A stretch of 64,000 nt of DNA, from positions 66,220,609-66,284,608 of the forward strand of contig NC_068987.1 in the NCBI RefSeq assembly GCF_001194135.2, written 5' to 3'. Shown here piece by piece: positions 12,346 through 25,579 of this stretch. The translations under genes were made by a program, and so were the position numbers. Under the pieces are notes generated by a model that searched no databases, had not been told where the DNA came from, and worked only from the letters and a program-made list of their open reading frames with translations. The stretch's first letter is position 1. Each line of letters opens with the position of its first letter. This DNA is from Octopus bimaculoides (lineage: Eukaryota).

Positions 12346-15239
12346 TATATGTATACAAATACATGTATATATATANNNNNNNNNNNNNNNNNNNNNNNNN
12401 NNNNNNNNNNNNNNNNNNNNNNNNNNNNNNNNNNNNNNNNNNNNNNNNNNNNNNNNNNNNNNNNNNNNNNNNNNNNNNNNNNNNNNNNNNNNNNNTATAT
12501 ATAAAATTACATAAAAATAATTATAATAAGGGCACTAATGAATAGTGCCACGTGCTAGAAGTAGACGCCAATTGTCTCTAACAACTATATTCTTTACTTC
12601 ATTAGCACGGTATGAAAGTGAGGAGAGTGAACAAATGATTTTTTGGGTTTATAAGTTTAGCCAGAGATCGATTTCTAGTTTAGAGATATAAACACCTCTT
12701 TATCTTCATCAGTATGGTATAACAAATTGTACATAATTATAAACATTTATACATACCCATGTGAATAACACTGTATCTACAAGCATATCTACAAATGTTC
12801 ACACTTATTTACAAGATATATCTAATTCATTCACCTCAGCCACGTGTGTATACGACCAGAAAGAATCCCTGAGTGAATATATTGGTCGTAGTTATTTATA
12901 TTTATATATAGTTAAGGATAAAATCTTTATAATATTTTATCAAGCATCAAGTTGTAACAAAACTATATAGGTAACAGTTAATACAAATATATAATTATAT
13001 AAATATAATTAAAATAAAGGTCACAAGAACCGCCAGATGGCTGTAAGAACTACATTATTAACTCCCTTATCACGGGAGGTGGGGCACAGTGTTAGAACAA
13101 GTGAAAATATCTACAGATGTTCAAGGGAGACAAATGTATTAAAACAAAGGGAGAGATAGACGGATAAATAGATAAATCGTTGCACAGTTTAATGTTAAAT
13201 TAAGTACATGCCAACTTGGAAGCAATTGCCAATAAATGATATATTTTATAGTATATTTATTTTTTGGTTTATCCAGCATCGAATCGATCGCGAAAATTAC
13301 ATGTGACTTAACAACCATTTGTTGGCACACACTAGATCACATTGCATGATTAACAGTTGGAATCCGACGTAAAATGTGATTGGAAAACCACTTGAAGAAT
13401 ATACAACTGGTGTTCAAAAACTGTTGCATGTTTTCAAGTTGTTACATTGAAGTATTTCATGTTAATATCATGATTCTATGATGGTATATATGGATCTACG
13501 TATATATATATATATATATATATATNNNNNNNNNNNNNNNNNNNNNNNNNNNNNNNNNNNNNNNNNNNNNNNNNNNNNNNNNNNNNNNNNNNNNNNNNNN
13601 NNNNNNNNNNNNNNNNNNNNNNNNNNNNNNNNNNNNNNNNNNNNNNNNNNNNNNNNNNNNNNNNNNNNNNNNNNNNNNNNNNNNNNNNNNNNNNNNNNNN
13701 NNNNNNNNNNNNNNNNNNNNNNNNNNNNNNNNNNNNNNNNNNNNNNNNNNNNNNNNNNNNNNNNNNATATATATATATATATATATATATATACGTACCT
13801 ATATAAATATATATATTTGAACGTGCTTGGATATATGTAGGCATGTGCGTATGCACACACGCATACACGCGCAAACACGCACACACATACACGCATACAC
13901 ACATATACACACATATACACACACGTACACACGTACACATATACACACAAAATTTATATATGGATATATGATAACTAACTATTTCTATTGAGGCAACATT
14001 AAATATGTTTATGATAGCGAATTATATAAACATAGATCAGCGAAATCTCCTTGCTCAATCTAAAATTAAATATGGAAATTTATGAACTACAGCTAAATAC
14101 TACAAATTCCTCCAAGGAGTTCGTTTCACACAAAGAAACACTAGATTGACAGAATAAATTATCAAATATTTAGTTTTCTTTCCGCCCAGTGTGGAGGATA
14201 ATACGGCCGAGTTCTCTTTGAGTACAGTTAATCTTACAAGAGACAATAATATATAACATATATGATTTGAAACAAGAAAGGATAAACCTGTGTTCTCTTA
14301 GAGAAATGCAATCTGGGTGGTGTCTAATAGGAAAAAATAAAAGAAAATAGCAAATAATCACTCAATAGGAAGGAAGATATCTAGAAAATATGAAGAGAAA
14401 CATTTCTGGTAGCTTCCTACCAGATATGTTTGAAAATCGTGAACAGTAGTCATGAGAAAAGCTATTTATAAAAATTACCGAAATGTTTCGCTGATAATAA
14501 GCATTAATGACTAGCAGAGAATAAGCATAAATTACCAGCATTAATACAAAAGTTGACAAATGGGGAAATAATTTCGTAGAAAAAAACAATGAAGACAATC
14601 AAGTCGCATCATGGCTGGTAAGGGAGAATATATGATTGTCAGGATTATGCCAAAAGAGTTGGCCGGCAGATCAAGCAACGACTGACTATCATGATAAAAG
14701 TTCCAAGTCACAAGAAAGCTTATAAAATTTACAAATTCCTAAGTTTTTGCTATAACGACCAAATGCTAATAATTGTGTACATTCATTGAATAACTAATAT
14801 GATTTGAATGAAAACTTGTTAAAATACGATGAGACTCTATTGATTTCCTTTCACCATAAAACCATATTGTAGACAAATAATATATTTACTGCTAATACAT
14901 ATCTACCCACTAACGGGACGACTTTTCGTCTGGAATGTAATAACATCTTTTCAATGAGTTTAAATGCGTATCACAAAAGAAAGTATGAAAATGTAGTTGT
15001 CAATGAACTGATTAGGGCCAGAATACGCTGTTGATGAATATTTACATTTTAACCGCTTCTATTTTATTCCAATCGTATTGTTTTTTTCTTTTTGGTTTCG
15101 GGGGAAAATAGATGAACTTCACAGCGTCCTAATTGTTTTTAGCTTGAGAATATTACTCTTCAAGTTCTTCATAGAAACATAACGATTTCTGGTACCAAAG
15201 AGATTATTACAGCAATTTTCATTGTTTATAATCTTCTGT

Positions 15240-17210
15240 ACCAGTGTATTTCTGTATCCGTAAAAAAACAATCCCAGAAGGAAGATATCAAATTTGTCTG
15301 TAGTGTCAACCCCAACTACTCAGAGTACTACAATCTAAGGCTTCTGTTACGCCATGTCAAGAGACCCAGATCATTTACTGCGTTACGTACTGTTGACAAC
15401 ACAGTATATCTAATATATCACCAGGCTAGCCATGTCAGAGATCTTCTGGAAGATGATGCATACTGGGATGCCACTCTGAGAGAGGCACAAGCGTGCAAAT
15501 CTCCTATGCAGCTGAGAAGCCTCTTCTCCATAATTCTGGTGAATTGAGGATTGTCAAATCGGAAACAACATTGGTACAAATACAAGGAGGGGCTTTATGA
15601 ACACATTCTTCAAAGGATTCAATATCAGTATGAGGGTGATGTCACATTCAATGCTGACATCTTCAATGAAGCATTAAGATTGACAGAGAGCAAGTTTCAA
15701 TCCCTGGGTGTCAACAAACTTGATCTCTATGGTCTTCCAGCTCCTGCCAGATATGTTCAGCACAGATTAGCACAAGAGCTAAATAGGGTAACATCATACA
15801 TGGAAAGTTTGCAAGCAGTTGTCAATGAGAAGGAACCACTTCTGGTACAGGATCAAAAGGAGGTATACTGGCAAGTTTTGACATCTGTGAACAATGACAC
15901 TGATGGGGTATTCCTCTTAGATGCTTCTGGAGGTACAAGGAAGACATAATTGATCAAGCTGCTCCTTGCGAAGGTGAGACAGAAAAAGAAGATTGCTCTG
16001 GCTGTTGAATCTTCTGGAATTGCTACCACATTCCTAACAGATGGAACAACAGCCCATTCCACATTCAAGCTGCGTCTGAGCTTGATCCAAAGTGAATCTT
16101 CATTATGCAACAAATCGACGAATATAACGTTAGAAAAGGTCCACGCAGATACCTAACACATTGTCTGGAATGAGGCAGTAATGTCCCATAAGGCAGCCTT
16201 TGAAGCTCTTGGTAGAACCTTACAACACTTCAAACACTTCAGAAACAATAAGAACATCATGGGTGGTGTCACCCTCTTCATGGCTGATGACTTCAGGCAC
16301 ATACTGTCTGTCGTTCCCAGAGGAACAAAGGCATATGAGCTGAGACTTTGCCTCAAGTCCTCATACATGTGGAAACATGTCAAGTAGCTTACTCTGACAT
16401 TTTACATGAGGGTTCACATTCAGGGTGACCCATTAGATGCAGAGTTTTCCAAGAAGTTACATGACATTGAAAATGGAAAAAATGCCACAGGATTCTAAAG
16501 ATAGTCTGTAACACCTCCCATATGATAATATGACTGCGTCCCTTGAAGAAGTGAAGTGCAAGGTCTTTCCAAATTTGCCACAAACTACAAAAGTCACAAG
16601 TGGCTATGTGAAAGAACGATTCTGACACTAAGGATGATGCTGTAAACAAGCAGAATCTAAATTTGATGTTTCAGCTTCCAGGAACTGAAAGTTCATACAG
16701 ATCAGTTGATTCTGTCCCTGATCAAGGAAAGGCAATGTATTACCCTGTGTAGTTCCACAATTCACTTCAACCACCAAGACTTCCACCACACATTCTTATC
16801 ATGGAAACAGGTGCTCCCATAATGGTGTTGAGAAAATTTGATGAACCTTACTCTGCAATAGAACAAGGTTGGTTGTTAAAACAACCATGCCCCATGTGTT
16901 GGAAGCGATGACAATTAGAGCCAACATGTGTGAATATGCCATCATTACAAGGATCCCTCTCATCTCAAATGTTCACCCCTTTCTGCTCTCGAGACTGCAG
17001 GTTCCTGTCAAACTGAACTTTGCAATGTCTATGAACAAAGCACAAGGTCAATCTCTAAAGGTGGTGTGACTTAAACTCTTTCAGCCATGCTTCTCACATC
17101 GTCAGCTGTATGCTGGATGTTCCAGAGTTGGAGATGAAATGAACCTCTACATTCTCAGTGATACACATGGCGAGACAGAAAACATAGTATATGAAGCACT
17201 TACGTGGATA
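15240..17210 (+). mobile_element. Helitron Rep/helicase relic (PIF1-like helicase region)
   Basis: YNLRLLLRHVKRPRSFTALRTVD, LLEDDAYWDATLREA, FLLDASGGTRKT (decayed Walker A), AVESSGIATTFLTDGTTAHSTFKL, MGGVTLFMADDFRHILSVVPRGT, RLQVPVKLNFAMSMNKAQGQSLKVV and CFSHRQLYAGCSRV. Many stops and frameshifts. Confidence 0.93.
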
Positions 17211-18250
17211 GTATGTGCATGTAATGTACAGAAGTGTAGAACCATTGAGTGTTAAAAGTAGGGCAAAAACATTTTCTGAGAAATACTCTAATCTAACACT
17301 ACAAGCAAATAGTTCTGTGTTAAGGTTATATATGTATATATATATATATATNNNNNNNNNNNNNNNNNNNNNNNNNNNNNNNNNNNNNNNNNNNNNNNNN
17401 NNNNNNNNNNNNNNNNNNNNNNNNNNNNNNNNNNNNNNNNNNNNNNNNNNNNNNNNNNNNNNNNNNNNNNNNNNNNNNNNNNNNNNNNNNNNNNNNNNNN
17501 NNNNNNNNNNNNNNNNNNNNNNNNNNNNNNNNNNNNNNNNNNNNNNNNNNNNNNNNNNNNNNNNNNNNNNNNNNNNNNNNNNNNNNNNNNNNNNNNNNNN
17601 NNNNNNNNNNNNNNNNNNNNNNNNNNNNNNNNNNNNNNNNNNNNNNNNNNNNNNNNNNNNNNNNNNNNNNNNNNNNNNNNNNNNNNNNNNNNNNNNNNNN
17701 NNNNNNNNNNNNNNNNNNNNNNNNNNNNNNNNNNNNNNNNNNNNNNNNNNNNNNNNNNNNNNNNNNNNNNNNNNNNNNNNNNNNNNNNNNNNNNNNNNNN
17801 NNNNNNNNNNNNNNNNNNNNNNNNNNNNNNNNNNNNNNNNNNNNNNNNNNNNNNNNNNNNNNNNNNNNNNNNNNNNNNNNNNNNNNNNNNNNNNNNNNNN
17901 NNNNNNNNNNNNNNNNNNNNNNNNNNNNNNNNNNNNNNNNNNNNNNNNNNNNNNNNNNNNNNNNNNNNNNNNNNNNNNNNNNNNNNNNNNNNNNNNNNNN
18001 NNNNNNNNNNNNNNNNNNNNNNNNNNNNNNNNNNNNNNNNNNNNNNNNNNNNNNNNNNNNNNNNNNNNNNNNNNNNNNNNNNNNNNNNNNNNNNNNNNNN
18101 NNNNNNNNNNNNNNNNNNNNNNNNNNNNNNNNNNNNNNNNNNNNNNNNNNNNNNNNNNNNNNNNNNNNNNNNNNNNNNNNNNNNNNNNNNNNNNNNNNNN
18201 NNNNNNNNNNNNNNNNNNNNNNNNNNNNNNNNNNNNNNNNNNNNNNNNNN

Positions 18251-18287
<37 letters not shown>

Positions 18288-18454
18288 TTGCATATAAAAT
18301 CCAACATTGTTCAGTGCTCATATTTTCACTCTCACTGTATACTGTAGTAAGTAAACATGATAAATATGCGTAGGCATATTGATAATACAAATTTTAAACG
18401 AATATATATGCACATACGTGCACATATATATTCATATGTAGATTTATGTATGTA

Positions 18455-18566
<112 letters not shown>

Positions 18567-18699
18567 CAGTCATATGTATGTATCTATAATCCTGTGTATT
18601 ATAATGATTTCGGATAGTGTGTCTCTGAATAGAGGTGTTAGACAAATATTCTCCTATTGCACAATTATTATTGTTATTTTATCTCTTAGAAGGCTCAGT

Positions 18700-19610
18700 A
18701 TTGTTTGTTTTGGTAGGTTCTGTAAAAGTCGAGACGAGCCTGCTAGCAGAGGTCAGGCAGGGTCTCTTTCTAAACATCCTAAGCTTTCATACTTTTAATT
18801 ATCAGCTTTTTAATTATCATGGGAGACATTCAACATCCAAGTACCAATCTCAAAATCCTAGCTGTCCCCAGCAGAGCAGATGTTGGCGCTTGCCCTGCCC
18901 CCATGTTAATTTCGATTTCTCTGACGTATTTCTTGGACTTGGTTGTTCGTGCCTCCAGTGACTCTACAGCTACTGGAATGACACTCTCCTTATTGTCCAC
19001 GTTCTTGCAATTTCGTCTTTTAGTTATATGTATTTTTCAATCTTTTCTAGTTTTTTGTCACTTATGTGTGCATCCTCAGGTATTGTAATATCTATAATCC
19101 TGATTTCCTTTTTTCCTTTATCTAAAGCAACAATATGTGATCTCCGAGTATCAATTAGGGAGTTACATTGGATTGGGAAATCTCACAGTATCTTATATTC
19201 CTTGTTCTCGGTCACTCCTGGTTCATGTTCATACCATTTTCGTGCACTGTCCAGGCCGTACATTTCATAGAGCTTCCAGTGGATGAACTTAGCTACGTTA
19301 TCCTGCCTCCTTTTGTAGTGCTTTTGGGCCAGCTTGTTTCACTCACTCACAATATAATTGTTTCTTTTCTGCTGACACGCATCCTACAAAGGTGCGATTC
19401 GGCACTCTTATCTATTTGGAACTTGGTGTAGTTAGTTCCCAGGGCTTGTTCTTGAGCGCTGCTTATGAATGTCTTAGTGCAATCTTTCATATGACGTTTT
19501 CTGAGCCATCTCAATTGTTGATCTAGTCTTTTCCTTCAATTTCTGTGAGGTATTGCCCTTGCAGAGAGTTTATTTTCTATCGTTTACTCCTTCATCCAGT
19601 TTCTTAAATA
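18700..19610 (-). mobile_element. R4/Dong-like non-LTR 3' fragment (zinc knuckle plus restriction-like endonuclease)
   Basis: Frameshifted SSAQEQALGTNYTKFQIDK...CRM, KRRQDNVAKFIHWKLYE, KILWDFPIQC, RIIDITIPEDA..., SALLGTARILRLVLGC*. Confidence 0.88.
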
Positions 19611-19744
19611 TTAGTGGGTGCATCATATTTTCAGTAGGTACGGTATTGTTAATTCTAACAGTGGCACGCTGTTAGAAGTAACTGCTGGAAAAGAAAAATT
19701 CCTAACATCGGGCTACAACAAGTAACCTTACATGCTAAGAACCA

Positions 19745-20020
19745 CCACCACTACGCTATTCTAGCAGTCCCTAATAATACTGTTTTATGCCTACTACCTC
19801 GATCCACCTGTTCAAATATTAGGATATAGCCCTAAATGCACCTATAATTACAAGGATAGATTTTACTTGCATTTTCCATGGTCTATGTCACTCAATGGCT
19901 AGGTCCTGGTACTTTGCTCTTTCTTACCTCTCATATTGAATTTCTCATTATTTGGGACTTTAAAGTCAATTACCTAGCATTTTCTATTCACTTTGCTTAA
20001 TGCTACTGAATCATGCCTCA
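19745..20020 (-). mobile_element. R4/Dong-like RLE C-terminal fragment (distal half of a split copy)
   Basis: RHDSVALSKVNRKC*VIDFKVPN...YQDLAIE..RPWKMQVKSILVIIGAF...LLGTAR, with frameshifts. Confidence 0.7.
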
Positions 20021-20129
20021 CCCTCCTCCTTTTCTTCTTCTTATTATTAGTATCTTCTTTCAGTTCTTGCCGAGTGTCTTCCCAACACCCAGGACAGAGA
20101 ATTCAGAAAGACATTATTACTATTATTAT

Positions 20130-20390
20130 TGAGAGCGCAGTGCATACCATCAAAATGATACTGGGGTTAAATATACGAAGCTTAGTATACCCATCATGAC
20201 TACCCATCTGATAAGGGTACACCAGGCACATGCATCACAACCATATGTGCGTGACGTGGTGATCTCATATCAAGATTAACAGCGCATGATCTTGCAGGTG
20301 AGGAACAGTAAGAATTTTCTTCAAGTCGAGCAGATCATCCCACTCAAAAGGTCCCTGAATAAGGTCTGTTTAAGGATGTTGAACGAAACA
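20130..20390. mobile_element. interspersed repeat (SINE/LINE-derived, family not assigned)
   Basis: GC-richer block (…tacccatcatgactacccatctgataagggtacaccaggcacatgc…aaaaggtccctgaataagg…) inserted within the split R4 copy. Recalled as an octopus repeat but not verifiable here. Confidence 0.4.
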
Positions 20391-20391
20391 C

Positions 20392-20520
20392 CCCTGGACT
20401 TATTCTCTGCAAGCCTGGTACTAATCCTATCGGTCTCTTTTGCAGAACCGCTAGATTACAGGGACGTAAACATACCAAGATCGGTTGTCAAGCGATGGAG
20501 GAGAGACAAACACAGACACA
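20392..20520 (-). mobile_element. SINE family A, 3' half
   Basis: The reverse complement aligns with 43021-43155 (tgtctgtgtttgtc...cgcttgacaaccga...tgtttacgtccc...gcggttc...gtac.aggctt). Confidence 0.85.
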
Positions 20521-20525
20521 AATCT

Positions 20526-20558
<33 letters not shown>

Positions 20559-20957
20559 NNNNNNNNNNNNNNNNNNNNNNNNNNNNNNNNNNNNNNNNNN
20601 NNNNNNNNNNNNNNNNNNNNNNNNNNNNNNNNNNNNNNNNNNNNNNNNNNNNNNNNNNNNNNNNNNNNNNNNNNNNNNNNNNNNNNNNNNNNNNNNNNNN
20701 NNNNNNNNNNNNNNNNNNNNNNNNNNNNNNNNNNNNNNNNNNNNNNNNNNNNNNNNNNNNNNNNNNNNNNNNNNNNNNNNNNNNTTACAATACGCAATTT
20801 TTAAAAATGATATCCGTCTTCTAAAACTTCTAAATTTACATATAAATCTATTACGAACAATGCACAAAGACCAATACGCCTTTGCAGATCTGCCCCTCTC
20901 TGTGTCTCTACGCAGTAAAGTGTAGATTTGCGTGTGCCCGTGAGTGTCTATTCTTTC

Positions 20958-21030
20958 GGCTACTACACTACTACTGTTACTGCTACTGCTGCTGCTGCTG
21001 TTGCTGCTGTTGCTGCTGCTGCTGCTGCCG

Positions 21031-21097
<67 letters not shown>

Positions 21098-21118
21098 CAC
21101 GACGACGACCACCACCAG
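20958..21118. repeat. compound trinucleotide microsatellite (CTA/CTG/CTA/CGA/CCA)
   Basis: In-phase succession of trinucleotide motifs visible in the sequence. Confidence 0.97.
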
Positions 21119-21124
21119 AATGTT

Positions 21125-21560
21125 AAAGGCCCACAACCTCTCATATTTCTTAATTTCTAGTAGTTTACTATGTTCATTTCATATAATTTATCAGTATGTT
21201 CAAATCCTAGCTTTCTACATAACTCCAGTAGATTATTCTTCTCAGGTTGTCATGTCTATTCTTGTATTATTTCTGTGTCCGCATACTACATTTACTTACT
21301 ATATGAGTAACACTTTCTTCTTTCGATTTACATTAACTACATTAGCAATCTACCTGGTTTTTGTGTATCTTGGTTTTTATTCAGTTAGTTCCCAATGCTC
21401 GATCTTTTGCTGCTACTAACAAACTTTCTGTCTGCCTTTTCAACCTTCCTTTCTGCAACCGTAACCTCGTTAAAACTAATTTATTCTCTTATTTTGACTG
21501 GAATACTGAATATACTCAAGCATTGACTTATTCATGGGTGGGGAAATCATGTCATAGGCT
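21125..21560 (-). mobile_element. R4/Dong-like fragment (proximal half of a split copy, zinc-knuckle region)
   Basis: LQKGRLKRQTESLLVAAKDRALGTN*IKTKI...CKSKEESVTHIVSKC...KNRHDNLRRIIYW. It ends at the LWDFNI-equivalent position. Confidence 0.72.
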
Positions 21561-22095
21561 TTCTTATAGTTTATCTGTCCTATTGTTAATTTTTTCTTCC
21601 TACAAATTTCCGAAAGCTCGCACTCGACGGTTTTGAAAAAGATATTACAGCACATTGGAACAATGTATTCTTATAAAGAGTATTTAAAGAATAAGTATGG
21701 GGATCACATTTGAAACTTCTTTAACCATTATATATGACTGGTCATTATTGACCTAGAGCTAAAAAGTAATTTTAACTTTTGCCACCGACATTCAAGATAG
21801 CTGCAATAATGTTCCTTCTTATCCAAGAATTGAGTTTGCTTGTAGTCAGACTGAGTACGATGAAATAGAGGCAAGGAGCAAAAGAAAGAAACAAAACAAA
21901 AACAAAATGGTGTGGAGTAAGACTGGATGAATAAAAGAAAGGAATATCAAGGAATATTCACATATATTTTGAATACGTTTACTAGTTATTAAAAGTTCCC
22001 TTTATCAGACGACTAATATCTCAAAAGTGGAACGACCTTTGCTTAAATCTATGTAGCTATTTTTAATCCTTATCTCTCCCCCGTCTCTCCCTCTC

Positions 22096-22135
<40 letters not shown>

Positions 22136-22137
<2 letters not shown>

Positions 22138-22325
22138 ACCGTTGACTGAACACTATTCAATTTTTTTTCTCCGTGTTTTTCTCCTTGTCTCCGTATTCTT
22201 TCTGTTGAAGAGCGTAGCTCGAAACGTCAAAGACTTTCCGTATTCCCGAGCGTCATACTAATATATACTTTTGTTATTTACACCACCTGTCCTCGTCTGT
22301 TGTTATTTTTTGTATATTCTCCCAT
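22136..22325 (+). mobile_element. probable Penelope-type 3'-terminal (pLTR) fragment
   Basis: T-rich terminus between (TA)n runs carrying TTGAAGA-GCGTAGCTC-GAAACGT, a hammerhead-like motif of the kind found in PLE ends. Confidence 0.5.
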
Positions 22326-22988
22326 ATATATATATATATATATATGTATCAAAAAAGGATGTGTTATAATACTATTCTACAGTCATACCAACAACCGAAC
22401 ATACCTCCGTCATCATCATCATCATATATACATATATACATATATACATATAAGTTAGTTGAGTTAGAGTTTAAAATAACCACATAAAGTATCCATTACA
22501 CTACCGGTATATTGCCTATATTTGCTTGTGTGATTTTGCTTGTATGATTACCATCATATCCAACTTTACCCTTTCTCTCGTCTATGTTCTTCTTTATTCT
22601 CCACTGTGATGAAGGTCTTTGTTTCAGATCGGTTTTATTACCAAATATAATTAATATCTTACATATTTTTGAATATCAATAGCAATGCCATACAACTCTG
22701 GAAGCAGAAGCTGTTGTGAGATAGGATGCAGTCTACATGCATCGAATTAATAAATAGTAATTGATGTACATCAATTGTTGTTCATCATTACTTCTCGATT
22801 TTTTGTTTTCTTNNNNNNNNNNNNNNNNNNNNNNNNNNNNNNNNNNNNNNNNNNNNNNNNNNNNNNNNNNNNNNNNNNNNNNNNNNNNNNNNNNNNNNNN
22901 NNNNNNNNNNNNNNNNNNNNNNNNNNNNNNNNNNNNNNNNNNNNNNNNNNNNNNNNNNNNNNNNNNNNNNNNNNNNNNNNNNNNNNNN

Positions 22989-23057
<69 letters not shown>

Positions 23058-24513
23058 AAATGCCTACATACAGCTCGCCCCTGCATATATGTGCATTTAA
23101 AAATATGCAATGTATCTGCCTATGTGTGTATGTGACATGTGCACCTAAGTGTCAGTGGCTGTTTCTGAGGCACGCGCGTATGTCTGTTCGGATGGAAATC
23201 AACTCACTACCGTGTATATCATTCCTTGGTAGGGAGCCCAAAATAAAGTTTACATTTCAGCCCAGCTGATGATTGCCGACATTCATCTGAGCTATCATAG
23301 CAATGTCTCTTCTCAGTTACGTGCAACCTAGAATCGTGTTATTTGGCATTGCATATTAGGAAGTGTTTATCCAGACCCAATTAGAAAATCTTGCAGAAAA
23401 AATCTTCGATTCGAAATTAATTTGCGTTTGCTCCTGTAATAACTTGTTTGGAAGGCGGAAGACATTAACAGTGAGGACGAGTTAAGATCTGGATCCCATC
23501 CGTAATTTCAAAATTACCTTTAAATTATTTGAGGCCAAGACCTCAGAGCGGGGTAAAATGCCATACATATCAGTTCAAGTATTGTTTGAGTTTGTTTCCA
23601 GACTGATGCAAGATGTGTTTGGAGGCATAGAAAATCTTGCGAAAGACAATGTGTTGTGAATAAATGGCACAGAAATAAGTTTGCAGCAGCGTGAATTGAA
23701 GTGCTGCAGAGAATGTGAATGATTGAGAAATCTACTTATATTTTGACATAGCCATTCGGAAGCATATACGAACTTGGTAAATAGGCTAGCTGCTAGAGAT
23801 CGATCAGAAATAAGAGACATTTAGAGGAACAGATTGCAGGTTTTGCATGGGATATTTAGAGTGTTTGATTGTAGCTGAGATCACATATTTTTGTAAAGAT
23901 GGAGAATTGCTTATTGATCTCCATAAAATATTGAAATGTGTTTATATGCATCTGGTTCTCTAAACTAATGTCAACATCAGTGGTTAGGAGGAAAATATAC
24001 AGTGTATATGTACATATTTACAGATGACGTAAGAGTTCTTTTTTATTTTGAATTTAATTATAGAAGTTTACAGATATCAACGATCTGTTAGTGAATAGGT
24101 TGTGCAAAGTATGAGTTTGATCTGGTTTTACTTCATGTAATTTCATCCCTTAACATGTACACATTTCGCACAAAAACATTAACGCAGGCGCGTGCAACAC
24201 AACACATACACCCACACAAACGCACACAAAAAACACACCTACATTTATATACATACAAATATTACATGTCTATATATATATTCATGTGTGTATACTGCCA
24301 TGTTGCCACTGTTTGTACCCGTATGCTTTTCATAAAACTGATTAATAATCTGGATTCTCAATCAAATATTTTAGCTTCACTTTGATTAAATTACAAAGTA
24401 AACAAAATGTGTCACAATAAAAATCGAGAACGGCACACACATAAGCATAAACATACAGACGCGTGTGTGTATGTGTGTGCACGCGTACGTATGTACATGT
24501 ATTTATAAACATG

Positions 24514-24549
<36 letters not shown>

Positions 24550-25579
24550 NNNNNNNNNNNNNNNNNNNNNNNNNNNNNNNNNNNNNNNNNNNNNNNNNNN
24601 NNNNNNNNNNNNNNNNNNNNNNNNNNNNNNNNNNNNNNNNNNNNNNNNNNNNNNNNNNNNNNNNNNNNNNNNNNNNNNNNNNNNNNNNNNNNNNNNNNNN
24701 NNNNNNNNNNNNNNNNNNNNNNNNNNNNNNNNNNNNNNNNNNNNNNNNNNNNNNNNNNNNNNNNNNNNNNNNNNNNNNNNNNNNNNNNNNNNNNNNNNNN
24801 NNNNNNNNNNATGTATGTATGTATATATGGATATGTATATATACATATATGACGTTTCAACAGTTAATTACTTTCTAGAATAATATTTCCTACTCGTTAA
24901 ATAGATTATGTTTAAGCAAAGTTGTATATATAGAATGTAATATAAACTTTTTTAATAGTTTCGTCAGACAAGAAACATAATTTAAGAAACTAATTCGAAA
25001 CAGTTACAATAATACACTATAATAAATGTTGCACACTAAATACTAATTAAACAAGACTAAATGAATGAATAAAGAACTAATAACTCATCTAGTTACTACG
25101 TATTTTATTATAAGCAGACGTTATGTATCTATTGATATTTAGAATGCAATGTCTTACTTAATAATCAGCATCAAATTGATTTGTAACACAATATTTATGA
25201 AGATTTCGTAATTATTAATGTAGTAATTATAAGCAGATTCTCGCGGAGAGCTGCTGCTGAGGCGAATCTGTACAGTGTCGAATAAAATTCATTGGATGTA
25301 TATTCCAGCTTCTTCAAATTAAGCCGTGGTCAAATGTTCCTTTTACATTTCCTACATAGAAATAAGTTAAGTAGCTGTCAAGTACTGGGGTAAATGATCT
25401 ATATCATATTCTCAATTTCTTGTATTGTGGCTATTTTAGAATGTATTTATAAGTTGGGTGTATTTGGTTGAAGCGTTAGATCGTCGGCCAGCGAAGTGTT
25501 GCTTAATTTGTTCCTGTTCCTTCGATGTTCCCCGGCCTTGATCTCCATCCTGTTGTGGTAGATAAAATGAATTAACATT

